The notes below the pieces were generated by a model that searched no databases, was not told the origin of the DNA, and saw nothing but the letters and a program-made list of their open reading frames with translations. 64,000 nt of DNA from an uncultured Alphaproteobacteria bacterium (lineage in GTDB: Bacteria; Pseudomonadota; Alphaproteobacteria; UBA7879; UBA5542): NCBI GenBank assembly GCA_903912365.1, contig CAIWGV010000045.1, positions 21,886 to 85,885 on the forward strand, read 5' to 3'. Positions 25,109-34,418 of this stretch are shown here, in pieces. Within the stretch, counting starts at the first letter, position 1. Each line of letters begins with the position of its first letter. The translations under genes were made by a program, and so were the position numbers.

Positions 25109-25540
25109 CTATCGGTCTACGAAAGGAGCTTGAAAGGGTCTAGGTTTTTTTCTTGGCCACCCGGAGATTGAAACTCCTTCATTATCGGCAATGATAAAGA
25201 ATTGCCGACACTCTTCCTTAAACCTTCTCACATAGCAAAAGTTCTTTGATCCAACGGACGCCCTAACCTCTACCTCAACGGATATTATTTCAAGAGAGAG
25301 GGGGTTTAAAATCGGAGGAATCTGGCAACGGGCCCTTACGTTACTGGGAAGGTTAGAAAACTCAAAAGAGCGGGACATGAGCTTCACCTGAGCACCGTCT
25401 ACATCTTGCCCCCAAGCACGCACGAACACCTTTGAGTGCCTTATGGGAGCCTCGACACTCCAAGCAGCGACGTCTATGGCCCCATAAGACAAGGAGACAA
25501 ATAGGGTTAGAAACAATAAAGAGATGGATATATTTTTCAT
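25109..25540 (-). CDS. Small secreted hypothetical protein (signal peptide)
   Basis: The N-terminus MKNISISLLFLTLFVSLSYGA is followed by a 120-aa mature domain with 3 Cys. No match to a known family was recognised. Confidence 0.4.
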   Translation of the reverse strand: MKNISISLLFLTLFVSLSYGAIDVAAWSVEAPIRHSKVFVRAWGQDVDGAQVKLMSRSFEFSNLPSNVRARCQIPPILNPLSLEIISVEVEVRASVGSKNFCYVRRFKEECRQFFIIADNEGVSISGWPRKKPRPFQAPFVDR

Positions 25541-25598
25541 AATTCTTCTCCAATTTCAGAAAGATATAGAGAGATCAAAGGGGAAGCAAGGAGAAAAT

Positions 25599-26294
25599 TT
25601 ATGAGGTCTTGAATCCCCGCGCCACCACGTAGACTTCCGCAGATTCTTTGCGGCTGGCAGGGGGTTTGATGTGGCTCACGTGGGTAAAGGATTCTTTGAG
25701 GATTTTGAGAAGTTCTCCTGTGGTGCCCCCCTGCCACACCTTGGCAATGAAAGTGCCGCCGGGGGCGAGGACTTGGAGAGCGAATTCGAGCGCCATCTCT
25801 GTAAGGGAGATGATGCGAATATGATCTGTTTGTCTGTGTCCCGTAGAGGAGGGCGCCATGTCGCTCAAGACCACGTCTACGGGCCCTTTGAGGTGCTGCT
25901 TTAGAAGATCAGGGGCTTCCGGCAGACCAAAGTCCATTTGAAGCACCAGGGCCCCAGGAATCTCTTCCATGGGCAAAATATCCAGAGCGATGACTTGAGA
26001 AGTGGGGTGGGTAGTATCCACCTCTTCCAAGATGACCTGGGTCCAGCCTCCCGGGGCTGCGCCCAGATCCACCACCCGACATTTTTTCTTGAGGAATTTA
26101 AGCTCTTCATTGAGCTCTTTGAGTTTGAAGGCCGCTCGAGAGCGATAGCCAAGTTTCCGGGCCTGTACCACGTAGGGGTCATTGAGCTGACGTTCTAGCC
26201 ACATTTTTGAGGAAAGTGTACGACCTTTTTTCTTTTTGAGACGGACAGCCTCAAGACGAGGAGAGGGTGCTTTTGGTTTTTTTGGTTTTGACAT
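25599..26294 (-). CDS. rlmE: 23S rRNA (uridine2552-2'-O)-methyltransferase RlmE/FtsJ with a Lys-rich N-terminal extension
   Basis: Diagnostic blocks GYRSRAAFKLKEL and VVDLGAAPGGWTQV (SAM-binding) are present. The N-terminal 30 aa are KPKKPKAP...KKKKGR. Confidence 0.85.
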   Translation of the reverse strand: MSKPKKPKAPSPRLEAVRLKKKKGRTLSSKMWLERQLNDPYVVQARKLGYRSRAAFKLKELNEELKFLKKKCRVVDLGAAPGGWTQVILEEVDTTHPTSQVIALDILPMEEIPGALVLQMDFGLPEAPDLLKQHLKGPVDVVLSDMAPSSTGHRQTDHIRIISLTEMALEFALQVLAPGGTFIAKVWQGGTTGELLKILKESFTHVSHIKPPASRKESAEVYVVARGFKTS

Positions 26295-28583
26295 TTAAAG
26301 ATTATCTATTTGAATTTTGTCCAAAAAGTCTTTCTCTATACCATGAGCTTCTAAAAAAGAAACAATGGCATTCCGCTCTTCTAGGGAAACCTTTTGATTG
26401 GGGCGAAGGAGCGTAAGGAGATTATTTTTTATTCGGTCTATAAAAAAGGGATTTCCAGGGGCCGTTTTTAAAATTAAATCCCAACCATCTAAAATATATT
26501 TATAATCATCTCCTCTATCTTTAGCCGGAAATGGGGATTGGAAAGCCCATGATAAGGGCCAGGGTATGCCAGTTTTTTCAGATGCCACAAGACACTTTTT
26601 TTCAAGTGTTGACCCCCCATAAGGAATTTCCATAATCCCGGGAATCTTAAAAATATTCCATTCCAATGAGATAGGTATATCAAGTATCGGCCCCTTGATA
26701 ATGTAGTTTAAAGGAGATTCATGGATACTTTCAAAATACTTTTTTAACATTTCCCCTGACACATGAGAAGCGGTCATGAAAAATAACCATGAAGCGACCT
26801 GGCGCCTATAAGCGTTCCCCGTTGAAATTCCTAGAGGCTTTCCATTAAGAGAGAACAAAAGGGGGGCAAAGACCTTAGGATCTTCCTTTATAAAAGTTTC
26901 TAAAGCTTTCTGTACTTCTGGATATGCCAACAAAGAAGGGCCCTCTCCTTTTTCTATTAAAGAAGGAAGAGGCTGACACAAAACTCTTTGAGGATTGTTA
27001 TGCAGAAGAAGTTGTTTCAGATGCTCCCTTTGGGGTTGAGATAAGGGTTCTTCTATGGATCTTAAGGTAAGAAGCTGAGACAGCAGGGCTTCTTGAGATA
27101 ATTTTTGAGGAGACAGGGGCTGTTCTTTGTAATCTTGCCCCAGGATATTTTTATAAACAAAACGATGGTGGGCTTGTACACGATTATGAGCAACAGCTTG
27201 TGTTGCAAGGGGAGGATGCTGCGCTAGCCATTGAGAAATATCTTCAACGAGCGCTTTTCGAAGTTCTTTTAAGAATTTTTGATAATTAAGAGAGGCTGCT
27301 TCTATGCGGTGGTAAACAAAAGTTTCTGTCATTTTACGGTCCTCACACGGAGGTTTTGCCAAAAGCCGGGCTTGAAGTTTATTGATGGTGGTTTCTGGTA
27401 TAAAAATACCTCCAGCCACAATATCAGGGCTATACTTTAAAGATTCCAGGAGGTTTTTAGGAAATGTTTGAGGAGAGGCTAAGGATAGTACTTTATCCAT
27501 CCCTTCCCCACAACTTGGAATAAATGTTTTAAGTCGGTCTATATCTGGAAAGCGTTTCGCTTCGCCTCCTAAAATTTCTTTTAAGCGATGATAATTAATT
27601 TTTACAGGACGTCCATAAGTAGCCGAGGCATAAAGAAGCGTATCCACATAGCGAGAGTCCACAAATATTTGATAAAGACGGCCATCGTCTTCAGGATTTC
27701 CCTTCATTATTTTTGTATAGAGTCTTATATATTTTTCTGAATCCAGCTTAAGACCTCCCAAGGATTCCTCTAATCTTGCAAAAAAGATTTCGATATTACG
27801 GGGAGAAACAGAGGTGGAATTATGAAAGTAAGAAACTGTAGAGTCACCCGCATCGCCCATATTTCCAAATAGGAAAAAGTTCGCAGATAAAGCTCTTGGC
27901 ATATACCCCGGTTGATAATTGGGTTTTTCTGAAGAAGGATCCACATAATCCCTTTGAAAATCAAGAACTGTATTAATACCTTTAAAAGCATCGTCATTTA
28001 AACGGAAAGACACTTCATTTTGATAGGAATGTCCAGCTATAATGCTTCGCAATTCAGTCAGAACATCGTACAGAAACCCGGTCCAGCCATCAGAAGCATG
28101 ATAAATGACCACATTTCGGGCATCAGAAGCTCTTTCATTGAGAAGGGCCTCTAGAAGAGTTTTAAGAAAAAAAGGATCCCTAAAAACATGATTTGAAATG
28201 TTCTCAATATTTTTCTCTAAATCATGATGTAAGGTTCGAGCACTAACGGGCGTATATCTATCCCCTAAATATTCTTTTAAATGGGCCTCAGAAGCTGTGT
28301 ACCGATAGGTCGCTTGGGAATCTGAATTGTCTCTATAAGGAAGAAAGTCTTTAGAATGTTCTCTTCTTTTTGTAATTTGGGACATAGTGGCAAATTTAGC
28401 AGTTACGGCTTGGGCTAGGCCTTTTTGATGGCCAGGCTTAAGAGTTCCGGAAACTGATAAAATCCACAGTACAGGAAAAAAGAAGAAAAAAAACCTCTTT
28501 CTTCTACTCTTCCTTCTTTTTTGATCTCTTTGACTTAGAAAGCTTATAAATTCTGGAGGTCTTTGTAGATTCTTCTGTTTCAA
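26295..28583 (-). CDS. Large (762 aa) hypothetical protein with a hydrophobic N-terminal anchor
   Basis: The ORF is long and uninterrupted. The N-terminal region contains a poly-Phe stretch encoded by A6/A8 homopolymers on the + strand. A possible GISTG (GxSxG) block is the only hydrolase-like hint. Confidence 0.45.
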   Translation of the reverse strand: MKQKNLQRPPEFISFLSQRDQKRRKSRRKRFFFFFFPVLWILSVSGTLKPGHQKGLAQAVTAKFATMSQITKRREHSKDFLPYRDNSDSQATYRYTASEAHLKEYLGDRYTPVSARTLHHDLEKNIENISNHVFRDPFFLKTLLEALLNERASDARNVVIYHASDGWTGFLYDVLTELRSIIAGHSYQNEVSFRLNDDAFKGINTVLDFQRDYVDPSSEKPNYQPGYMPRALSANFFLFGNMGDAGDSTVSYFHNSTSVSPRNIEIFFARLEESLGGLKLDSEKYIRLYTKIMKGNPEDDGRLYQIFVDSRYVDTLLYASATYGRPVKINYHRLKEILGGEAKRFPDIDRLKTFIPSCGEGMDKVLSLASPQTFPKNLLESLKYSPDIVAGGIFIPETTINKLQARLLAKPPCEDRKMTETFVYHRIEAASLNYQKFLKELRKALVEDISQWLAQHPPLATQAVAHNRVQAHHRFVYKNILGQDYKEQPLSPQKLSQEALLSQLLTLRSIEEPLSQPQREHLKQLLLHNNPQRVLCQPLPSLIEKGEGPSLLAYPEVQKALETFIKEDPKVFAPLLFSLNGKPLGISTGNAYRRQVASWLFFMTASHVSGEMLKKYFESIHESPLNYIIKGPILDIPISLEWNIFKIPGIMEIPYGGSTLEKKCLVASEKTGIPWPLSWAFQSPFPAKDRGDDYKYILDGWDLILKTAPGNPFFIDRIKNNLLTLLRPNQKVSLEERNAIVSFLEAHGIEKDFLDKIQIDNL

Positions 28584-28724
28584 TCTCTAAAATTTCCTCT
28601 ACAACATCTGACATTTATATTAACTTATTATCAGATTTTTTCTGGTCTAATTCAACAGAATTTAATTAAGAGAGGATATGGCCCACATCTCCATTTTAGA
28701 ATAAAGCCGATCATTTCTTATTGG

Positions 28725-28770
28725 TTCAGAAAAATCTGGCCCACCACGTGGCGCTGATAGCGCCCCTCGT
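28725..28770 (-). terminator. Candidate terminator of the rpsF-rpsR-rplI operon (GGCGCT-GAT-AGCGCC hairpin followed by a T tract on the - strand)
   Basis: The palindrome at 28750-28764 is flanked by CACG/CGTG. On the - strand it is followed by AGATTTTTCTG, about 25 nt downstream of the rplI stop. Confidence 0.35.
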
Positions 28771-28786
28771 GATGCCAGAGAGAAAA

Positions 28787-29416
28787 CTATTCCGCAGATT
28801 CTTCTTTTTTAGCTTTCTTTGCTTTCTTCTCAGACTTCCCATCAGAAGCCACTTCTGTGGACTCCAAGGAATCTTCTATGATCGCTTCTGCAGAGGCAAG
28901 ATCCTCATGATGCTTTTTGGCAGCTGTAGATTTCTCTGCAGGCCTTTGCAAGAGGCGCTTTGCTTCTTCCAAGGAAGGGGCAATGCTAATAATAATTTTC
29001 AGGGAAACTTCCGGATGCAGCTGCAATGCTACTTCATGAACACCGGATACCTTGAGGGGATGAGCCATTTTAACCTGAGCATGGCTAAGAGCCACCCCAT
29101 GATGAGCTTCCACTTCCTTTGCAACATCCCGAGAGCTTACGGATCCATAAAGAATGCCGCTTTCGCTGGCTTGACGCACAAGGAGCAACTTCACATCGGT
29201 TAATTTTTTAGCAAGAGCTTCGGCCTTTGTTTGAAGATCAAGGCTTTGAGCTTCATATTCAGCCCTTTGATTTTCAAAGATGCTGATGTTTTCGTTTGTC
29301 GCACGCAAAGCTTTTTTCTGAGGAATCAGATAATTGCGAGCATACCCATTCTTTACGGTAACCACGTCCCCCAGTTTCCCAAGTTTTTCGATTCTTTCCA
29401 ATAAAACGATCTTCAT
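28787..29416 (-). CDS. rplI: 50S ribosomal protein L9 with an extended charged C-terminal tail
   Basis: MKIVLLERIEKLGKLGDVVTVKNGYARNYLIPQKKA is the canonical L9 N-domain. The protein has about 55 extra C-terminal residues that are K/E/A-rich. Confidence 0.9.
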   Translation of the reverse strand: MKIVLLERIEKLGKLGDVVTVKNGYARNYLIPQKKALRATNENISIFENQRAEYEAQSLDLQTKAEALAKKLTDVKLLLVRQASESGILYGSVSSRDVAKEVEAHHGVALSHAQVKMAHPLKVSGVHEVALQLHPEVSLKIIISIAPSLEEAKRLLQRPAEKSTAAKKHHEDLASAEAIIEDSLESTEVASDGKSEKKAKKAKKEESAE

Positions 29417-29437
29417 GATGCGTGTTCCTTTAGCTTA

Positions 29438-29746
29438 TTAATTAACGACGTAGGGCATTAAAGCCAAATAACGAGCCCGCTTAATGGCAATAGCCAGTTC
29501 TCGCTGAGCCTTGGTACCCACATAAGTAATACGACGGGGCATAATGCGTCCCCGCTCTGTCAGGAATCGGGAAAGCGTACGCACATCCTTGTAGTCAACG
29601 GGAATAGCCTCTGGTCCACTAAAAGGACAGGTGCGGCGTTGACGGAAAGAAAGTTTCGCCATCCCCTCTTTTTCTGAAGAAGTTCCTTTCTCACTGCTTC
29701 CGCTGCGAAGGAAGGATTTTTTTGTATGAGTTCTAGTTTCTGTCAT
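29438..29746 (-). CDS. rpsR: 30S ribosomal protein S18
   Basis: The S18 core is [60 protein letters not shown]. Confidence 0.9.
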   Translation of the reverse strand: MTETRTHTKKSFLRSGSSEKGTSSEKEGMAKLSFRQRRTCPFSGPEAIPVDYKDVRTLSRFLTERGRIMPRRITYVGTKAQRELAIAIKRARYLALMPYVVN

Positions 29747-29758
29747 AATGAAATCCCC

Positions 29759-30205
29759 TTATGCAATGATATCGTTGGAGGCAACAAGATCCTGATCAAT
29801 ACTCACAGGAGCAAAGTCTCCATAGGATTTACCTGAGTCATTGTAGTCCCGATCTTTATAGTCTCTGTCACGTTCTTTGTACTTGGCCTGACGCAGCATG
29901 GCAGAAGGACCTTCTTCCAGAGCATCAACCTTTACAATAAGATTTCTAAGCACATCTTCGTTGATGCGCATTTGGCGACGAATCTCTTCGATGGCTTTTC
30001 CAGGGGCACGCATCCGGAGCATAACATAGTGCCCCCGACGGTTTTTGCGGATAGGATAAGCAAGATACTTAAGACCCCAATATTCAGAATCCTTAAGCTC
30101 CCCGTCCAAATCTTTAATAAGTTTTGTATAAGCTTCTGTCAAAGCCTCTACCTGAGAAACAGCTAGATCCTGACGTGCAATAAAAACAACTTCGTAAAAC
30201 GACAT
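29759..30205 (-). CDS. rpsF: 30S ribosomal protein S6 with an acidic C-terminal extension
   Basis: MSFYEVVFIARQDLAVSQVEAL...YWGLKYLAYPIRKNRRGHYVMLRM is the S6 fold. The gene is followed by rpsR and rplI in the classic order. Confidence 0.9.
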   Translation of the reverse strand: MSFYEVVFIARQDLAVSQVEALTEAYTKLIKDLDGELKDSEYWGLKYLAYPIRKNRRGHYVMLRMRAPGKAIEEIRRQMRINEDVLRNLIVKVDALEEGPSAMLRQAKYKERDRDYKDRDYNDSGKSYGDFAPVSIDQDLVASNDIIA

Positions 30206-30330
30206 TCTTTACTCCCTATGGCTAAAATAATTACCGACACATGGCCGGCAAGAAGTAATATTTAACTTAATCTGGGAATATATAATCTTTTTTTCTACAG
30301 AATGCAAGGGTTTTAAGAGAAAAGGCTCAT

Positions 30331-31842
30331 CTATCCTGGAAAGGCGTACTCGCTAGAAGAGTCAGAATCTGGAGAAGACGGAGGCGCCGAAGGAGAAGAA
30401 GTGGAATAGCTATCTTCATCTTCTTCTTCGTTTCCACCTAAGAATACATCATTTTTAAGATTTTTAGAAAAGGGGCTGCCCTCTTCTCCCGTTTTTATCA
30501 AAGGGTTTCCAGGCGCTCCAAAAAGTGTGATTCTTTGTAATTTTGATTTCGGATGAGATTTTTCTATCTCTCCTTTAATCTTTTCTCTCAAATCAGCCTG
30601 TAGCTTCTCCAGAGTTTGGCTTTTACAATAAGAAATGAATTCTATCTCTTTGCTCAGCATGGATTTTTTTTCTTCTTTTAGTTCCTTTAATGCATGATTT
30701 TTCACAGCTGCAGGGTCGGGCCACGCATTTATTTCTTTTTCTTTAACTGCATAAGCTTGATCATATTTTTTTTCCAATTCTTTTTTTAGGTCTTTCATGG
30801 CCGTATTATGGTAGTAGGCAATGATTAAAAATTCCTCCTTAAGCTTTTCATCGATTTTCTCGTTTATCCCTCTTTGTATTTTCTGCATTAGGGCCATTTT
30901 CTTTTCTTGCAGGAATAAACTTAATCTTATCCTCCCATGCTTTTTATTATGTTTTGCAAGAAGCCCAAGATCATCATTGTACAAAGTGCAGTTTGATCCT
31001 CGACAGTGCGCCATTCTTTCTATCATATCTTCATTATCCTGGGCCGGGTTTCTACTCTCCTCTTTTCCATCATCTATCCAAGATTGACTGAGAAAAGAAA
31101 GAAGAACTTCTTTATCATCTGGGGTGGTTGCTTGGGATAGTAAACGGGAAAATGTTTTTTGGGCCTCCGGAGATAGTCTGGAAAAATCTTCAAGGGTTGT
31201 CAAAGAGGGTCTCCTTATAGGCAAGGTCAAAACTTTCTTCCAGGTATCCAAGAACTCTCCTCTGTCTTGTTTCCAACTTTGGGCAGCATTAAAAATGATA
31301 GCTCCACTCAGGGGGCAACTTAAACCCTTTATATCTTCAATAAATTGGTCTCCATCTGCTGTTTGAGCAAAGCCAGAAAAGGCCCGGATAAACAAAATTC
31401 TCTCCTCTGAGGAAGTGTCCTTATCAACGAATTTTTGAACCTGATTTATAATTTTTTGCCGACTTTTTCGATCCCCAATGGCAGACAATCTTTTCAGGAT
31501 CTCGAATTTTTCTATTAGGCCCGTATCTCGACTCAAGACAGCCCTTGTATTGAGGAAGAGATGTTTTTTTTCTTCTGAGTTAAATTTTTTAAGAACCTCT
31601 CGAAGATTTCCTCTTATCATCTTAGTTTGCGCTTTATCGTTTGGTCTTTCTTTTAAAGATAAAATGTCTACAATGACTGCTTGCTCAGCTTCAGACAGCT
31701 CTTCCTTTTCTGGGAGAAGCTTTAAAGACATTGTTCGAACAGGACCTCCTGTAGAAACGTCCTCGACAGCACAATATGCCGTTGTTACGCATAAAAACAT
31801 GAACAAGATAGAGATGTTTTTTTTATCTTTTAAAATATTCAT
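30331..31842 (-). CDS. Secreted hypothetical protein, paralog A of a tandem pair, with a Ser/Asp-rich C-terminal tail
   Basis: The signal peptide is MNILKDKKNISILFMFLCVTTAYCA. An internal block RILFIRAFSGFAQTADGDQFIEDIK is shared with the upstream paralog. The C-terminus is SSPSAPPSSPDSDSSSEYAFPG. Confidence 0.5.
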   Translation of the reverse strand: MNILKDKKNISILFMFLCVTTAYCAVEDVSTGGPVRTMSLKLLPEKEELSEAEQAVIVDILSLKERPNDKAQTKMIRGNLREVLKKFNSEEKKHLFLNTRAVLSRDTGLIEKFEILKRLSAIGDRKSRQKIINQVQKFVDKDTSSEERILFIRAFSGFAQTADGDQFIEDIKGLSCPLSGAIIFNAAQSWKQDRGEFLDTWKKVLTLPIRRPSLTTLEDFSRLSPEAQKTFSRLLSQATTPDDKEVLLSFLSQSWIDDGKEESRNPAQDNEDMIERMAHCRGSNCTLYNDDLGLLAKHNKKHGRIRLSLFLQEKKMALMQKIQRGINEKIDEKLKEEFLIIAYYHNTAMKDLKKELEKKYDQAYAVKEKEINAWPDPAAVKNHALKELKEEKKSMLSKEIEFISYCKSQTLEKLQADLREKIKGEIEKSHPKSKLQRITLFGAPGNPLIKTGEEGSPFSKNLKNDVFLGGNEEEDEDSYSTSSPSAPPSSPDSDSSSEYAFPG

Positions 31843-31889
31843 CTGGGAGACCTTTCTGAGAAACTTGAATTAAATTCTTCCTCTCCACT

Positions 31890-33008
31890 CTAATCATCGG
31901 CCTCTGATCCAGAATACTCGGAGGAACTCCAACCACCTTCATCCGAGGAGGCTCCCGAAGAGTCACTGAACCTCTTATTAAAAGAGTTTTCTGGTCCTTT
32001 TTTATTAACCATCGATTCAATCTCGTGGATTTCATACTCGCCAAGCTCATCTTTATCTAGAGGTTTATAAGCTTCCTTTATATTATTTTTCTGAAACCTC
32101 TTTGGAACCAAAGCTAGAATTTTTGCTCTTAACTCTTCATCTTTTAGATCAAAAAAGTTCTTGAAGATACGAGACCTAGCCCCGGAAGAAGGAACTAGCT
32201 GTAAGTGATCAATGAGTTTCACAATCTGACCTTTACTCTGTGACCATTTCTCAGAAGCCTGATAAATGAGTCTTCCTGTCAGATGACGTTTGTAAGGTTT
32301 TATGGTTTTTGCAAAATCTTCCCTATCCTCGGTTCCTGAAAAGGAAGAAAAGGCACGGGCAATAAGTGCCCTGTCCTGCGGACGGGTTTTTGGATTCAGG
32401 AAATCATAGGTTTTCTCAAGAATCTTGTTTCGGGTTTCCCCATCTTTTTCTACAAAAATTTTCAAGAGAGAAATTTTGTCGGAGGGACTCGTTCCTAAAC
32501 AAATGATGGCTTGTTCAGGTTGGTGAGACTTTTCTCCAGTTTTTGACTCAAGGATTTCTGGCCCCAGCACCAAAATTTTTAGAGTCTCTTTGAGACGTCC
32601 TTGGGCTTCTGGAGTTTTGTCTTGCTGAAAAATGTCTACAAGTTTGGCCTGTTGAGAGGAATCCATATTACTTGTTAGGACTTCTTGTACGGCCTCCCAT
32701 TCCTCTTTTTCTTTTTCTAACGCCGCTTTTTTCTGCTGCTGTAACTTTTTCCTGTTGGGTCTTAAGGGTGCGGTTGATAAAAAAGTTTCTAGTCGTTTGG
32801 CCTCAGTTGCATCAGAAAGTTCCTGTGAGCTTGGAGAAGTCCCCCGCCCATCCACAACACCCTGCCTGCTGTCTAGGAAACTATCATGAACTACGGGCGC
32901 CGAAGAAGAAGATCGATCTCTTTCCTCTGGGGCAGAAAAAGATTCATTGAAAAATAAAAATGCTACCAATAAAAATTTTATATTCGAAAAACATTTCATG
33001 ATAATCAC
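31890..33008 (-). CDS. Secreted hypothetical protein, paralog B of the tandem pair, with a Ser/Asp-rich C-terminal tail
   Basis: The signal peptide is MIIMKCFSNIKFLLVAFLFFNESFSA. The block RALIARAFSSFSGTEDREDFAKTIK is homologous to paralog A. The C-terminus is SDSSGASSDEGGWSSSEYSGSEADD. Confidence 0.5.
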   Translation of the reverse strand: MIIMKCFSNIKFLLVAFLFFNESFSAPEERDRSSSSAPVVHDSFLDSRQGVVDGRGTSPSSQELSDATEAKRLETFLSTAPLRPNRKKLQQQKKAALEKEKEEWEAVQEVLTSNMDSSQQAKLVDIFQQDKTPEAQGRLKETLKILVLGPEILESKTGEKSHQPEQAIICLGTSPSDKISLLKIFVEKDGETRNKILEKTYDFLNPKTRPQDRALIARAFSSFSGTEDREDFAKTIKPYKRHLTGRLIYQASEKWSQSKGQIVKLIDHLQLVPSSGARSRIFKNFFDLKDEELRAKILALVPKRFQKNNIKEAYKPLDKDELGEYEIHEIESMVNKKGPENSFNKRFSDSSGASSDEGGWSSSEYSGSEADD

Positions 33009-33107
33009 CCCGTTGCCCCTAATTATTTATTTTTTAGTTGGTCACACTGAATATGATATCACAAATATTTTTTAGGCTATAGAATTTTTTGTGAAAAGGA
33101 GAAAGAT

Positions 33108-34418
33108 CTAATGTCCCGCTCGGAAGGCAGAGACTTCGCCATCCCGACCTTTCTTGTAGAGCAAGAAATTCCGCAGCTGGTCCCCTTTGAGATTCTTCTG
33201 AGATGGCATCTTGATTTTATGAGGGTTTACCTGTTGGTTCCTGTAGTGAACCTCATAATGCAAGTGTGGTCCGGTAGCTCGTCCCGTCCGACCCACATAG
33301 CCGATAACCTGGCCTTGTTTTATATGAGTTCCTTTTCTCAGACCTTTTGCATAACTGCTCATATGGGCATAGGCCGTGGAGTAATCTTTGTTGTGCCCCA
33401 CTAATATATAGTTTCCATAACCACCTAACCAACCAAGTTTGCGGATCTCTCCATCTCCTGCCGCAAGAATGGGTGTTCCCTGGGGTGCCGCGAAGTCAAT
33501 TCCTTTGTGCGTTTTTGTGTATCCAAGAATAGGATGATTTCTATTGCCAAACCCGGAGGAAAGACGCCCCCCCTTCACAGGCGTTTGGAGAAGGGCTTTC
33601 CGAACACCGGCACCCTTTTCATCGAAGTAATCAATCTCATCGGGTTTCATGGAATACCGATAAATTTTCTGGGGACCACTATGAAGATACAGGGCCGCAT
33701 AGACAATGCTTCCAGGGTCCACAAAGCCTGTTTCTGGGTCATAGGTTTTTTCCACTAAGACTTCAAACTTATCTCCTTGACGGAGGGATCTTTGAAGATC
33801 TACAGAGTAGCTGAAAATTTTCGACAGCTTGTTAATGGCACTACGGGACAACCCTCGTTTCAGGGCATCTATATAAAGGCTGTCTTGGATGGATCCTTGA
33901 ACAAACTGTGTTTTCTTTGGCAAAATGTCGGGGGCTTTTTCTAGATAGAAATCTCCTTTGGGTTTACGCAAGATGCTGAATTTCTTTCCGGGTGGCACGA
34001 GGAAGATAACCTTCTGCAGTTTAAGGGTAGGGTCCCCTTCTATCTTGATACGTTTCAAAAAGAAGCGCTGACCCCTCTTAAGAGTAGAAGATTTATAGTA
34101 ACCCTTAATGGCATTCAGAATGGACATGGACTCTAAACCGCTTAATCCATGACGCTTTAGAAAGGAAATAAAGTTCTCATTTTGCTTCACGATGATTTCT
34201 GTAATGAGAATTTCGGGCTTGGAAGTTTTTGCTCCTGAGCCCCCCATCTTTTCTTGAAAATCTTTAAAATTGAACTTCTTATCATCGGTTTTTAGGGCAA
34301 TCTTAGGTCTTTCAAACTCTGAAGCTCCCTCATTTTGTAAAAAGTCATAAACAATAAGAAACAGCCCCACCAAAAGGCAGCCAAGTCCGATGGCGAGTTC
34401 TGTTCTGCGGAATTTCAT
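33108..34418 (-). CDS. M23-family (LytM-domain) metallopeptidase, membrane-anchored
   Basis: An N-terminal TM segment is followed by the C-terminal LytM block HKGIDFAAPQGTPILAAGDGEI...GYGNYILVGHNKDYSTAYAHM...GRTGRATGPHLHYEV. Confidence 0.8.
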   Translation of the reverse strand: MKFRRTELAIGLGCLLVGLFLIVYDFLQNEGASEFERPKIALKTDDKKFNFKDFQEKMGGSGAKTSKPEILITEIIVKQNENFISFLKRHGLSGLESMSILNAIKGYYKSSTLKRGQRFFLKRIKIEGDPTLKLQKVIFLVPPGKKFSILRKPKGDFYLEKAPDILPKKTQFVQGSIQDSLYIDALKRGLSRSAINKLSKIFSYSVDLQRSLRQGDKFEVLVEKTYDPETGFVDPGSIVYAALYLHSGPQKIYRYSMKPDEIDYFDEKGAGVRKALLQTPVKGGRLSSGFGNRNHPILGYTKTHKGIDFAAPQGTPILAAGDGEIRKLGWLGGYGNYILVGHNKDYSTAYAHMSSYAKGLRKGTHIKQGQVIGYVGRTGRATGPHLHYEVHYRNQQVNPHKIKMPSQKNLKGDQLRNFLLYKKGRDGEVSAFRAGH

